Positions 1 to 14,700 of a stretch of 64,000 nucleotides of DNA are shown here, piece by piece. A model generated the notes under the pieces. It searched no databases. It saw only the letters and a program-made list of their open reading frames with translations, and had not been told where the DNA came from. The position numbers were made by a program, and so were the translations under genes. Numbering within the stretch: position 1 is the first letter of the stretch; the number at the start of each line of letters is the position of its first letter. Source of the stretch: Proteromonas lacertae (lineage: Eukaryota); contig NGBS01000882.1 of assembly GCA_002245135.1 (NCBI GenBank), positions 124,001 to 188,000 of the forward strand, given 5' to 3'.

Positions 1-429
1 GGTATAAATGTACTGAATAGTGAACCAACTACCTGTCTTCAAGATTTATTAAAGGAACAATATCCAAGAGGAGATGCTCCTATACTAACAAGGGAGATGG
101 TATTAGATAGATTTTTGAATGAGTTTGTTGCTATGTTTGTTCAGTATAAGCATGTTGGATTTAAGCCATTTATTGATGAATATTTGAGAAATTGGTTGCA
201 TACAAATCAACAGATTGTGATTAGTGATGGCGAAGGTGGTACTCATAAAGCTACGATTAAAGGTATTACAGAATCTGGATATTTATTGGCAAGAGTTAAT
301 GCTACTGGTGATTTAACAGAGTTATATCCAGATGGTAATAGATTTGATTTCTTCAAAGGATTGGTGATGAAGAGGAAGACAAAGAAAGTTAAGAGTTTAA
401 ATGATCATATTGTTCATAATCTTGGATAA
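1..429 (+). CDS. BPL1: Biotin--protein ligase (holocarboxylase synthetase), C-terminal part; 5' end outside window
   Basis: Frame open from base 1: GINVLNSEPTTCLQDL...WLHTNQQI...IKGITESGYLLA...ELYPDGNRFDFFKGLV, matching the eukaryotic BPL C-terminal motifs (GINV.N..PT.CL; PDGNSFD..KGL). Confidence 0.9.
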   Translation, partial: GINVLNSEPTTCLQDLLKEQYPRGDAPILTREMVLDRFLNEFVAMFVQYKHVGFKPFIDEYLRNWLHTNQQIVISDGEGGTHKATIKGITESGYLLARVNATGDLTELYPDGNRFDFFKGLVMKRKTKKVKSLNDHIVHNLG

Positions 430-672
430 AATGCGTGTAAAGTAAAGGAGATAAATATATATAACTATATAGATTATATAAATATAATAAATCCTTAAAA
501 TTGTCAGGATGTATTAACATGATGTATAAATATTTGTTATTCTTGTTTTATTTAAAGAGAAATAAGGAAAAATGATTGAAAAGCTTGAAAAAAGGTTTGT
601 TTTTCATTTTTCAAAAATCATTCTTTCATTACCATCGCAGTTTATTTTCTTTTCATATCGGAATTTGGATAA

Positions 673-2886
673 ATGAGCAATCTAAAATATGGTAATAATA
701 GTACAGGAATTGTATTTTTTATAAATTGATTTACTTTTTATAGAGTAATCTTTGCAATATCAATAACTTCTATATAATCAAAATTTTGTTGGTAATTGGA
801 GTATGTTTTAGTTTTGCTAGTTGTGAAAGTGTAAATGAAAGTAAAAAAGCTCTTGAAGTGAGTTGTCTTATACCAGATAAAATAACTGATGATAATGTAG
901 TAGGAATTGTTGTTACTATAAAAAAGAATAAAGAAGATAATAATGGAGTGATTGTGTTAAGTAAAGCTAACACATATGAAATGAGAATGGATGTAGAGAT
1001 ATCTGGAGGATTGATTATAGAAAAAACTAAATATGAATGGGTTCAAGTTGATAGTGTTCACAATGAAACATTCTTAGTAAAAGGAATTTACAAAGATAGT
1101 TTAAATACAATAAAGAATGACAATTTTGATAATAATCATGAATTTAAATCAATAAAAGGTGGTATATTGATAAAAGTCAGAAGTTTTGATGATGAAAATG
1201 AAAAAGGTGAAGTATATTGTGAAACAAACATCTATCCAAAAGGTTTTCCACTAATATTATCAATTGCAACTAATTACACTGGTAATGATATTCCACTTCA
1301 ATTTAATCTACCACAAAACATTATGGCTGATTCATTTCACATTAATACTAATATTTATACTTCATTATATACATTATTACAGAATTCATGTGATTCTTTG
1401 ATGAGACAACCAATTGTAAGTTTTGAACATATTGCTGATATAATTTATTCAAAAGTATTGCTTTTAAAATATATGAAATCGCATAAAATTAGTGATGAAA
1501 AAGTAATGAATGAAAATATTAACAGTTTAGAATATTATTATAATGAATTGTTGAAATATCAAAACAATGATGGAGGATTTGAATGGTTTGGAAAAAATCT
1601 AAGTAATGAAGGATTAACAGCCTATGGAATAATGGTATTAAATGAATTAAAAACAGTAATAAAAGTAGATAATAACATAATAGAAAAAGCAAGGAATTGG
1701 TTGTTAAGTAGACAGTTGAATAATGGTTATTTTAATATAACAAATAATAATAATAATGATATTTTAGGAGTTGTTGGTAATTCTTCAACTACAGCATTTA
1801 TATACTGGGCTTTAAGTGAAGAAAGAAAAATCAATATAACTAAAAAGTTCCTGATGTATTATAACTCACTAAGTGATGTAAGAAATAGTTATATTATTGG
1901 ATTACTTGGTTTGATTTATGATAATATTGAGAGTAAAGAAGAAGAAAATGCTGATAATATGGGATTATTATTAACAAAACTATTTAACGAAGATGGTTCA
2001 GTCATGGGAAGGCTTGAAACAATCGTTGGTTCAGCTGGTGAAAATAGTGTAATTGAAGCTACTTGTGTTTGTATTTTGTTATATATGAGATTGAATCAAT
2101 TTGATAATTTTATTCCATTTGTTGATAAAAGTATAAATTATTTATATATGAAAAATAATAATGGAATTATTGGATCTTCTCATTCAACAATTTTAGCATT
2201 GAAAGTATTGATAGAATATGAGAATTATAAAAGAATAAAACAAATATATGATGAAAATGATAATCCTAAAATTGAAACTTATTACAATAATGAGATGATT
2301 GGAGTAGAATTATTATCGAATTTGTCATCTCATTCTTTACTTACTTTAACAATACCTTATACTCAATATGTTAAAGAAAATGAAAATGAACTTGTTTATA
2401 AAAGTAGTTCAGGTTGTTAAAAATATATATAAATTTTCTTTGTCAATTCATTATAACTCAGTAGCTAGTTATAATGATGAAAATTGTAGAGTGAGAATGC
2501 TGTATGAATTAAGAAATAGTCAAATATATCAAGATGAAGTAGTTGATTTAGTCATAAGAGTTGAGAATAAATACGATCAAAAAATAGGAATGGTTGTAGC
2601 TATGGTTGGTATTCCTGGTGGTTTAGTGATTGATGATAGTGAATTGAATAATTTGATTGAATTGAATGTAATTTCTTCTTATAGTAATAAAGAAAATGAA
2701 TTGATATTTTATTGGAGAGGCATGACTGCTGGTGATGTTAAAACATTCTTAATACATACAAAAGGAATAATTCCAGGTAATTATAAAGGAAAAGTTAGTT
2801 ATATTTATGAATACTACAATAATAATTTGAAATGGTGGTTAGATGGCTTGAATATATTGATTATGCAAAATTTACATTTGAATTGA
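673..2886 (+). CDS. Alpha-2-macroglobulin-like protein (TED plus C-terminal receptor-binding-like domain), thioester motif degenerate; one frameshift near 2417
   Basis: ATG at 673; GT-AG intron 712-743 joins in frame to the 786 ORF. Motifs QNNDGGFEWFG, GLTAYG, ARNWLLSRQ and GMVVAMVGIPGGL...ELIFYWRGM...YEYY. Removing one T at ~2417 joins the two ORFs (SSGC-KNIYKFSL). Confidence 0.8.
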
Positions 2887-2962
2887 CTATTATTTGTTGT
2901 TGTTTCTCATTTTACTTCATAATCCAATAGTTTATACATAGTATTTCAAAAAGATTAACAGA

Positions 2963-3035
2963 GCGGGATTGGCTCAGTTGGAAGAGCGTAAGTCTCATAA
3001 TCTTAAGGTCGTGAGTTCGAACCTCACATTCCGCA
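2963..3035 (+). tRNA. tRNA-Met (CAT), elongator type
   Basis: Acceptor stem GCGGGAT/ATTCCGC, D arm GCTC-AGTTGGAA-GAGC, anticodon loop CTCATAA, T arm GTGAG-TTCGAAC-CTCAC, T-rich terminator downstream. G1-C72 and the TTCG loop indicate elongator. Confidence 0.97.
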
Positions 3036-3451
3036 ATTCTTTTTTCTTTTTCTTTTCTTTCTTCTAATTTATCTATACTTATAAATCATAATGCCAAATA
3101 ATGATTTTATCATTTATTAATGAAATGATAAGAATTAACAGTTATTAAAGCAATCAAAATCAATTCATTTATAAAGTTAATGATATATTTGTTTTAAATT
3201 AATTAATATATATTTAACACTCATAAATTCCATTTATTAAAATAATAATTCTTTATATGGAACTAAATAATATGGAGATCTTTTTCAATTTTTGACATAG
3301 TATTAGAGAATTAATAAAAATATTAATTACGTTCATCAATTAGAATTATAATTTAATTCTTTATTATTATTATAATATAATCATAAATAAATAATTCCAA
3401 TTCCAATCACAAAAACAATACAATAATAAATCAAAAACAATTATTGTTTAA

Positions 3452-4782
3452 TTATTCAGATACACTTACGTAATATTCATCTTCTTCTTCACTTTCATCT
3501 ATATTATCACTTCTATTTACGATAACTTCCTTGTCTAATTCTTTACCTCTCTATTATAATAAATAAATAAATAAATATATCATAAATATACATTAATCAA
3601 ATTTTCAATGTTTTCTTCACTCAACCAACAATCCATTGCAACAAGACACTTCAAATTATCGAATTCTAATACTTTCAACAAGTCATCCATCATCTATTAA
3701 AATAAAATAAACAATTATATATATATATATTAAATACACTATCTTTTACAATTCCAAATGATAAATCCAATTTTCTCAATTGTTTCATTAATTGACTATT
3801 CATTAAAGCAGGAAGAATAACTTCAATATTATCCATATTTCTAAGTCTCAAAATCTTCAAATTTGGACAACAAACACATTCAAATAAATTCTTATAATCT
3901 TCAGCATTTGTATTATTTCCTCTTACATCACATCCAATCCATAATTCTAATTCTATTAAATTAGGATATTTACATCCTAATACTCCATTTAACAATTCTT
4001 TACAAATTCCACAAGATTCTATTCCAAAATATAATAAGTTTGGATATTCATTACCACTATCTATTGTTGATTGTTCTTCGCCATTTTTTAAATATAAATA
4101 CTTTAATTTAGGAAACCATTCTAATAGTTTTGTGTAATTCTCTGTTTGTACCCATGATAATTCATTCTCTTCATAACCATAACATCCTGTATCTAGATAT
4201 TCAACATTTGTTAAACTATCATGAACAAATTCTAATGCTTTTTCAACTGTATTATCATTTCCACTATAATTTAATAATAATATAATATATATATATATAT
4301 ACAATGAACCTAAATACACAAATTTAAAATCTTCTAATTTTTTATTACTTAACATCATTTCTCTAACAACATAACCAACGTTATTACTTACATTACCAGG
4401 AACTTCAATATCTCCACTCATATCATACTCAGAATAAAAATAATGTCTCTTTTCAGTTTCATTATATGAATCAGGTGTTCTATCTCTTACAGCATTTCTT
4501 CTGACCATCATCAACATTTCTTTTAATGTTTTTATATCATCTTTTATTTCTTCTTTATAAATCTCTACAGAGGTCTTTATATTTATGGGTCTATCCTTAT
4601 CTTGTTGTGATAAATATGCTGCACACCATATATCTTCTTTATTATAAGTCTATAACTTCTTAAATTTTACACTATACTTCATAAAATCTCTTGGATAAAG
4701 CAATAACATTACATAAATCCTTAATTGATATGTATTGTACTAAACAATTGCTTATTAGAGAAGAGAAAAATACTTCTTCCAT
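3452..4782 (-). CDS. F-box-like N-terminus fused to a bacterial STM4015-type leucine-rich-repeat domain; several short introns
   Basis: ATG at 4782: MEEVFFSSLISNCLVQYISIKDLCNVIALSKRFYE(intron)TYNKEDIW. LRRs YPNLIELELWIG, CPNLKILRLRN, QLRKLDLSFG. C-terminus DEYYVSVSE-stop. Confidence 0.7.
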
Positions 4783-5139
4783 TCTATTTTGATGATGGTT
4801 ATTGAAAACTAATTCAAATTTTCAAAAAACGACAATTTGCGTTTTAATTACAAAACAGATTGTTTCAGATAGTATCCAGTCAATTATGATTAGTATAACA
4901 AATACAACATATTAACAAGGTAAATGCTAGAGAAACTATTCAGACAAGTGTGATTAATCAACAGAATTATAAATTTACTTCCAACTCTCTTAAAATTTAT
5001 TGAATATAATGCAAATACGTTGTTTAAATAGAAAATGGTAATCTGTGCAATTTCTATGTTAAAATAGAAAAAGAGTCGTTTCAAACATTCGTTTTATTTT
5101 TTTCAAAATCAATATCTAAACAAGTAAGGATTTCTTCAT

Positions 5140-7904
5140 ATGTCAGATGAAGAAAATAATGATTATGCCTTGTATAACACTATATTTTTACATAAAATTT
5201 AGGGAAGAGGATGATTCTGAAGATGATGTTTTGCTAGATGAACCAATCGAACAAAATTCAGAGGGCATAAGACATTATCTATTTATAGCCACAATAGGAC
5301 AAGGTACATTTGGTGAAGTGAAGATAGGTATAAATTAACAGAATTATGTAATTATACTAGCCGTGGATATTATTACAAAAGAACTAGTAGCAATTAAAAT
5401 ACTAAAACACTCAAAACTTGTGACAGAAGACAGTATTAACAGAGAATTGAACATATGTCGATGTCACCATCCAAATATAATCCAAATATATGAAATAATA
5501 CGTCTATCTGACTGTACATATATTGTAATGGAATATTGTAAAGATGGTGAATTTTTTTCTTACATTTCACAATTTGCACCATTATCCGAGCCAGAGGCTT
5601 GCTATTATTTACATCAAATTGTAGAAGCTATAAGTTATATCCACAATAATCAATCTATTATACACAGAGACGTTAAACCTGAGAATATTTTACTACAATC
5701 AGATCCAATAACTCATGGTTATATATTAAAACTAATTGATTTTGGATTATCCACTAATTATAAGAAAGGTGAGTTATTTACAATCCCTTGTGGTTCTCCA
5801 AATTATGCAAGTCCTGAATTAATCGAACATATTCCATATGAAGGACCTCCTGTGGATGTATGGAGTATTGGAATAATTTTATATTCAATGTTATGTGGAT
5901 ATTTACCATTTCAAAATTCAGATGAAAATATGATTTATAAAAATATAATAAAGTGCAATTATCAATTGCCTAATAATTGCAGTAATGCATTTAAAGATTT
6001 ATTAACTCATTTATTAGTGAAAGATCCGAAAAAAAGATTTACTTTGGAGGATATAAAGAAACATCAATGGTATGGTATATTCAATTATATACCAAAATTT
6101 TCTGTTACGAATAGAGATTTGAATGAATCAATTATTAATATAATGTTACAATTAGGATACAATCTCTCAGATATAAAATATTCTATAATAAATTGTACAT
6201 ACGATCCAATCTACTCAATCTATCAATTATTATGTAAGAAATATAATAATTTAAATGCAAATGGTAGTAATTATAGTAGCAGTATGAATAATAGTTTAAA
6301 TAATTCATTAAGGAATAGTATTAATGTATTATCACCATCTCCATTACGATCTACTATAATTGCTTCATCTATTAATACAACTCCATTAACTACTGATCGT
6401 TCTCAATTATTCTTATTAACCTCATCATCTCCAACATCTTCACATATGCATAGAACCAATAGTAGCAACAGCCGATCTAAGTATTTATATACAAAAACAC
6501 CAACACCAACTGCTTCTTCATTTTATAATACAGCTACAACAACAAGTGGAACAGATGGTAGTACATTTGATTTTAAGATTGCATCTCCACCTCCATTATC
6601 ACCATTACCACCATTATATAATTCAGGTAAACCAACAACTACTACAACTACAACAACAATAGTTACACCAGGAAGAGTATCAAATTCATCAATAACAATT
6701 ACAACAACAACAAATAATAATAATAATAATTTATCAAAGTCATATTTGAATAGAAGTAGATCTCCATTAAGAACAACCTATACTCAAACACCATTATCAC
6801 ATCTTACACCATCTTCATCTTCATCCTCATTATCAAGCCCATCTCGAACCTTAATAGTATATTTCATTACTTTTAATTTTATTTATTTTTTTCAAATAGA
6901 AGTTATTAAGACCACCACATACACCAAGTTATCCATTAGAAGTAGAAAGAATTCATAATTTAATTATAATCAATGTAACAAAGAAATATCAGAAATTAAA
7001 TTCACCTTCATCATTAGCAGAATCATTAAAATTTAGAAGAAATGAATCACTCACTGAGATTAGACCTCAACAATTACAACAAGAAAGAAGAGAAAATAGA
7101 AATTTCTTTAATAGAACAGATCATATGAGAAGAGACAATACTTTAATATCATCCAATAGATCATGTATATATATATTATTTTATTTATTATTATTTAATA
7201 ATAGTATTATCTCCTCGATCATCAAAATCAACTGATAGATTCAACAATACAACATCTCATAATATTCCTCAATCATATCTCACAACTCATTTACAAACTA
7301 AAATATTACCATCTCCAAGTATTATTAATTATTATTATAATATAGTTCGTGGTATTACTCCATCCAATATTCAATCAAAAACTGAATCATCATCCTCATC
7401 TTCTTCATCATCAAATGTTGTTATACCATCAGATATTCATTCATTCCCATTGAAAGTATTATACAGAGAAGCAATTGATTTAATGGTTAAAGAATGGAAT
7501 GAACAGATTGTTCCTAATAATTATCGTAATGTAATTATTAATACATATTTGAATAAACCAAATGCAGATAATTATCTTAAAGTGTTGCATTTAGTTACTT
7601 TGTTTAAAGAGAATAAGAAGATTATGAATAATATTAATATTATTATTGATGAAATTAAGTGGTTTTCTTTTGTATATATTTTATCATTTTATTCTATATA
7701 TATAGGATGAGGAGAATAAAAGAGAAAGTAAAGATAATCTTCCAAATCCATTACTTCAAGTATTATTCTATATATATATAACAATAATATTATTTATTAT
7801 AGTTTGAAATTGCAAAATTGAAAGATTTAATTGAAGAATGGCAGAATATCTTTCCTTGGAATACTCAATATATAGTAGATAATGTAGATTATTGTAAAAT
7901 ATAA
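5140..7904 (+). CDS. SNF1/AMPK/MARK-family Ser/Thr kinase with UBA-like region and long S/T/N-rich tail; multi-exon
   Basis: IGQGTFGEVK, VAIK, HRDVKPENILL, IDFG, CGSPNYASPE, VDVWSIGIILYSMLCGYLPF; short GT-AG introns; 3' boundary approximate. Confidence 0.9.
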
Positions 7905-8028
7905 ACTCAAATAATCTAATTTAATAGAATATTAAGATTTTTCTATGTATTTGTTTGTGTTGAATGAAATAATCAAGAAAAACAGAATATGAAACGGTAA
8001 TAATTTTGGTAATTTAATTTTTTTTTGA

Positions 8029-8608
8029 ATGACAAAGAAAGGTAAAAAAAGAAAACGAAAATCACGCCGATGGGTTAGATGGAATAAGCTGCCTCAAGAA
8101 GCAAGAGATGCTATTGATCATAAACACTATTTCAAATCAATAGCAGATGAAAGCTATTCCACCCTAAGAAAAAACAAAAAAGGAAGATATAGAGAAACTA
8201 ATGACTTTTTTTCTGCTCCAACTACCCCAAATGAAGAAGTATACGAAATCGATATTGTATTATAGGAATCTACACTTTCACCTTCTCCCAGTAATTCTTC
8301 AGTTGAAATAAGTGATTTTGACCCATTAGACTGTTATGTATTCTTTATTATTTATTGTATTATTCAAATAGTCACCAAACGATGACAATTCTACATCAAC
8401 AGCACCACCAACATCTACACACTCTGTAATTAGTTCCTCAACACTAACGAGTGATGAAATAAGTGTTTTAAGAAGAGAAAATTTTCAATTAAAAATAGAG
8501 AATGAGTTGATTAAGAAAGAAAATGATGAACTTAATGATTATGTGAAAAAATTAAAAGAGGAAAACATGAATTTAGCTTTAGAAATAAGAAGATTGAATA
8601 AACTATGA
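8029..8608 (+). CDS. Small hypothetical protein with basic N-terminus and C-terminal coiled coil; two short introns
   Basis: ORF at 8029 continues across GT-AG introns near 8257 and 8338 to a heptad region LRRENFQLKIENELIKKENDELNDYVKKLKEENMNL. Confidence 0.55.
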
Positions 8609-8779
8609 TGGAAAAGCAATTAGAATATAATAAATTGGTTGTATATAGTGTAATACATATTTAATTTAATTATATATTCATTAGTTGTTGAGATTTTTTG
8701 TTGAAATGAAATCAGCTTGAGGTTAATACAGGCTTGCGGTGTATTAGATACGTTTTAGCCATTCTAATCATTTTATCTA

Positions 8780-11700
8780 ATGTTAAAGCTTGCTATTACT
8801 TTCACAATTATAGTGAAACTAATATTGAGCATATGCCCTAACGATTGTAGTGGAAATGGGCAATGCACTAAAGAAGGTGTGTGTATCTGCCATAAACAGA
8901 GTTTAAGCTCAGCAGGTTCAACAATTTATGGTTATACAGGTGCTGATTGTTCTGAAAGTATATTTACTTCTTTATTTTAACCAATTCTTTTTTTCATTTT
9001 TATGTTATTACCATCGACTAATTTATTTTTAATAGGAGTATGTCCAGTAGGGAATAGTTTTGTAAAACCTGCAACCCCTAGAAGTATAATTCTAGAAACT
9101 ACTTCTACTACTACGCCTGGTGGAAGAAGAGAGCTTGCTCGAGAAGGTGAAATATTACCAGTGTTTAATGGCTATCAAACAAAGTCAAATGTTAGTGACA
9201 GTCAAGGAATTGAAAATGAAAAAGGGAATAGAAGTAATACAAGAAAATTAATTGACACTATTACTATCAATGGTAAAAGTGCTTATAAAATTGCTAATTC
9301 AGAATTTACAACTCCTGCAGTTCCTTTATCTACTTTTGAATGTAATGGTGTTAAATGTACAATTCAATGTACTATTAATGGTGCACCACAAACTGTTACA
9401 ATATGGGGATATAAATCAGATTATGTGTTATTAGAATTTGATCCATCTGTAAGTACTGTAGACATCTACTTTCATTCCAATCTATTACATCATGTACAGG
9501 ATCACCTACTCCTGAAATTACCGATTTTACTACTTATGATGTTATTAATGTTCATGGAATTGGTTCAACTACATTGACATTACCTAATTATGGTGCAGTA
9601 TATACTGCAATGAGTTATACTTCACCGTCTGGTTTAGAAATATGGTGTTATCATACTGATTTATCTAAAGTAGATGGTAAAATATATAAATATGGTGTTA
9701 CATTAGAAGTTAATAGTAATGGTAATGATATTGATATAACTGTTACTAGTCCAAATGGTTTATTACAGGGAGATAAATGTTATTTAATGGGAAAACTTAC
9801 ATCTGGAAGTATAATTTCTATTCCTACACTGTCTTCACAATCTGATTGTAGTGTGTGTAGTGAATTTAGATTTGATGGAAGTGATATATATAAAACTAGT
9901 ATGGAATGTGTTCAATAACATCATCATCATCTTCTTCTTCACCTACTACATATACAATGACTATGCGATCTGAATTATCTACAATAATTGTAGGAAAAAT
10001 AAAAGGCAAAAATACGTTTAAAGTTCCAAATTATTGTACAGGTGATGATAATAAAGATATAATGTTGAATAATCTTCATAAAGGTACAGAATTAACAGTT
10101 AATTATGGATCAACTGATGTATTAACACCAACATCTCCTGTATTGAACAAGATGCAGTAAAGACAGCAAGCAGGTGTATATACAGTAACTTATCGAGGAA
10201 ATATACAATTAATTACTGCTGATGATTCTACAAAATTATCATTAACATTAACACCTCTTGAAGAAATTATTCCATTAATAGATCAGGTAATGAAAATTAT
10301 ATAAAGTGAAAAGAGATTATGGAGTGGGAAATATTGGAGGAGTTGTTGAAACATGCAAAGCAGGTAATAGTGATGAGGTAACTATTGATAAAATAAATGT
10401 AAGGGGATATGATGGAACAACATATAGTTATATTAGTTTCGATAAAGATTTACAATCTACTTTATGTTTAAAACCATATACTGGTACAACCGGTGGTAAT
10501 GGAGGAGAATGTTCAACGAATGATATATATCCATCAGATATTGAATGTACAGTGTAACTGCCAACTGATTAATATACTGACTTTACTAATTATGAAGAGT
10601 ATAACACTTGGTGCAAATCCAACAGATCCAGTGACATGGAGTAATTATGGTAAAAGTATTTACTGATATGAAGTTTATTACAATCAGGTCTGATCTGTAT
10701 ACAGGTATTAGTATATGGTGTTATCACACTGATTTGTTGAAAGTAGATGGTAAATTGCATGAAAATACTGTAGAAATATCTACAAGTGAACAATAGTGAT
10801 AATGATCTTACATATAACAGCAGAAGTGGAATCTGATTTGGTTAAAGGTGATGTATGTTATTTAATGGCAAATGTACAATCAAATACAATTAGCATCTAT
10901 TAATGATCCAACTAAGGATACTAGTGATGGTGATCTGTACATGGTTGTGATGTAGTGTGATAAGTTTAAATTAGATAGTAGTAGTAGTAGTGTGTGGTAT
11001 AAAATTGGATATGACATGTGATGTAACAAATCAACAACATCTCCATTCAACATACACAATGACTATTCAACCTGAATTATCTGCAATGATTGTAGGAAAT
11101 ATAAGTGGTAAAAACACTTTTAATGTTTCAAAGCATTGTACAGGTGATAATGAAAAAATGCTAAATAATCTTCATAATGATACAGAATTATCAATTACAA
11201 TATAATAGAGTTAATGTTTCACCAACTGCATCTTCTAAATTAACAAAAGCATCTGAAGTTTCTGGAGTTTATACTGTAACATATGGAGAAAATATTCAAA
11301 CGATTACTCCTGTTGATAGTGGAGAATTAACATTAACATTAACACCACTTGAATCAATCGACTATGTAGTATCAGGTGATGAAATATTATATAAAGTGAA
11401 AAAAAATTATGAAATAGGTAGAATGGGAGGAATAATACCTTGTCAAGCAAGTGACAATGTAGTTGGTGGTATTGAGTCAAATAAATGTTAGAGGATATGA
11501 CGGAACAACATATAGTTATATTAGTTTTGATAAGAATACATCTTTAATATGTACAAAACCATTCACTGATGGTTCAAGTGATGATCAATGTAAACCAAAT
11601 ATTGTAAATCCATATAATGTGAAATGTAGTGGAACAAAAGATATTTATAATGATTTTAGTAACTATAAAGAAATAACAATACCTTCAACTCCATCAAGTT

Positions 11701-14700
11701 CAATAATACGTGGAGTAATTATGGTAAAGTATTTGCTGAAATGATATTTTTTAGACTAAAACACCTAACTGATCTTGAAATATGGTGTTATCATAATAAG
11801 ACAAATATTGATGGAATAATATATTCACATGATTTAGAAATAGATAACTAGTGGAAGTAGTAATACTGATCTTACATTGACAATAACAGAAAAAACAGGT
11901 CAAAGTAAATTATTAGATGGAGATAAATGTTATATAATGGCAAAATTAGATGCAAATACAATTAAGTAAATATACACCAACTACTGCTGATAAAAATGAT
12001 AATACTGGTTGTGAAATATGTAATGAATTTGTTATAGATGACTGATAGAAAGATATGGTTAAAGAAACCAAAAGATTTATCATGTGAAGTAGTAAAAATG
12101 CTACTAACTGATAATTCTGAGAAATATAATATGACATTTGGAGCAACATTAACAAGACTTATGATAAATCATTATATTGATACTAAAGAATTAAAAATAC
12201 CAAGTGGTTGTACAGGTGTCTGACAGTAGTACAGCTTATGAAAAAATTCGTAAAAGTGCAAATATGACGATTGAAATATTTGGATATGAATGTGACACAT
12301 TTAAAGATAAAGATGATCATATGATTTATATAAGAAAATATGTAGATAATAATAATAATATAACTGTGATGTTTAGAAATGAAATAGACTTTTCACCTTT
12401 AGAGTTTAGAAAACTATTTGATACAGAAGGAGATACAAAAACAATAATGTCAATTATTTTAAAACCAGCTCCTTTTATTGACGTAATAGAAAGTAATAAT
12501 GGATTGAAGATATATAAAGTTCCTTACAATTATGGATTTCAAAATGATGGTACTGTAATAGGAGGAAATTTCACTATAACAAGTCATTCAGAAGATAATA
12601 CACAAACCAGTACTTTCAAGTGTTAAAGGTACTTACTGGGGCTTTAATTATTCCAAAGTTTTTACATATTTAAGTTTTGAAGATCCTGGAAATAATAAAA
12701 AAATATGTAATGATCCATATGCAAGTGGTTGTACAGGTGGTTATTATCCATTAGATTTTAATTATACATATAATTCTTCATCAAATAAAACAGATTTATC
12801 TGATTATAAATGGAATATAGTTGAAAAGAATACTACAAATGGAAAAGATGGTAATCATACAATTGAATTAATTGGTTTTTATGAAATATTTAATTCAATA
12901 ACAGGATATACAGGAAGTGATAAAAGTGGAATACCAATAGCCTGTTATCATCCCAATAAAAATGTTGATAGTTTATTATATTTATATGACAGTACAATAA
13001 AAGAGATGATAAAAATAGAAATAGTATATTAATAGATATAACAATGAATGCTGATGGAAAACCTGATAATTTAACTGCAGGTGATTTATGTTTTATATTG
13101 TGGAAAAAGGATTTGTCAATTATTGATATTAATTCTTCTCCTATTAAAACATCTGGTGGAACAGATGATGCAGCTGTTGCTGCAAGTGGATGTGATAAAT
13201 GTGTTAATTTCTACTATAATGCAGATAGAGATCAATGGTATTATAGTAATCCAGATAATAGTATGAAATGTAGAATAAAGAAAATACTTAGATCCCATCA
13301 ATTGATAATTCAAAACACGATAGAGAATATGATATGGAGTTAGGTGCATCTTTAACAAGAATCTTAATTAACAATTATTTGTTTAAAAATGGTGTAGGTA
13401 CATATGGTAATAAGAGTGCTGAAGTTGGAAGATTAGAAATACCAAAGCATTGTACTGATGAAGATACTACCTCTACAACACTTTATAGTGATTTAAATGA
13501 GATGATTAGAAAGAGTGCTAATGTGAGTATTACATTGAAAGGATATGGAAAGGATTTATTTAAAGATGATAAATCTCATATTATTTGGTCTAAAATGGAT
13601 AATAAATATATATCATTCATTAAAGAGTTTGATTTGTTTAATGTATCTTATGATAAAATGAAAGGATTATCAGATTCAGAAAATAGTCTTACAATGACAA
13701 TACATGTAACTCCAGCTCCAATAATCAAATTAATTGATTATGGTGATTATAAAATATATGAGATTCCAAGAGTATATGATTTTAGTAATAATGGAAGTAT
13801 AAGAAGTAATTTGACTGCTGATTCTGTTAAGAGTGAAGATCCATCAGATTGTAGTTTTCAAGATAAAAATGCATATTTCTGGGGTTATAATAGTAGTAAA
13901 ATGATTAGTTATATAAGTTTTGAAAGTTACAAAGATGAAACTGATGCAATTAAAGAAGGTGAAATTTGTTTAGATCCTTATAATTGTGGTGGCAAATATT
14001 ATCCATTAGATTTTAATTACACTGTAAATAAAGGATCAGAAAGAGTAGATTTTACTGATTATAAATATATACATATACCTAAAGTTAAAAATGATCCTAC
14101 AGATGCTACTAAAACTGTAATTACCTTACCAGGATATGGAACAATATTCAAATCAATAGGATTCTTTGGAACATTTTCATCATCACCACAATCAAGAAAA
14201 AATATTCCCATAGCATTCTATCATCCTGAAAAGAATAGAGAAAGTTTATTATATATTTATAATTCTACTATTACAACAGTATTAAATTCTACTCAATCAC
14301 TATCTAATGCTGTACAAATAGAGGATTTGGTTATAACAATTACTCCTAATTCTTCTCCACATAATAATCATATAGCTGCAGGTGATATAGGTTTTATAAT
14401 GGCAAAGAAAGATGGTAGTGTTATTAATTTAAATAATAATAAACTATCAGGAGGTCAAGATAATCTATTAGTGAATAGCACAACAAAAGTTTGTGATCAA
14501 TGTGTTAATTTCTATTATAATACTTATAGAGATCAATGGTTTTATAGTAATCCAACTAATTTCACAGTAATAGATGCTGGAATGAAATGCACCGTTCAAG
14601 CAATAGAAAAAGGAATAACTGATGATACAAAATACGTTTATAATGTGACAATGGATTCAACATTTTCTAGATTAATAATAAATCATTACTTACAATATAA

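Noticed and set aside
9480..13340. Dense frameshifts as programmed recoding or phase variation
   Set aside because: Single-base indels also break housekeeping-type genes (MFS, NAGLU) and cluster in repetitive or multicopy DNA, which fits unpolished long-read error; true decay cannot be excluded without reads
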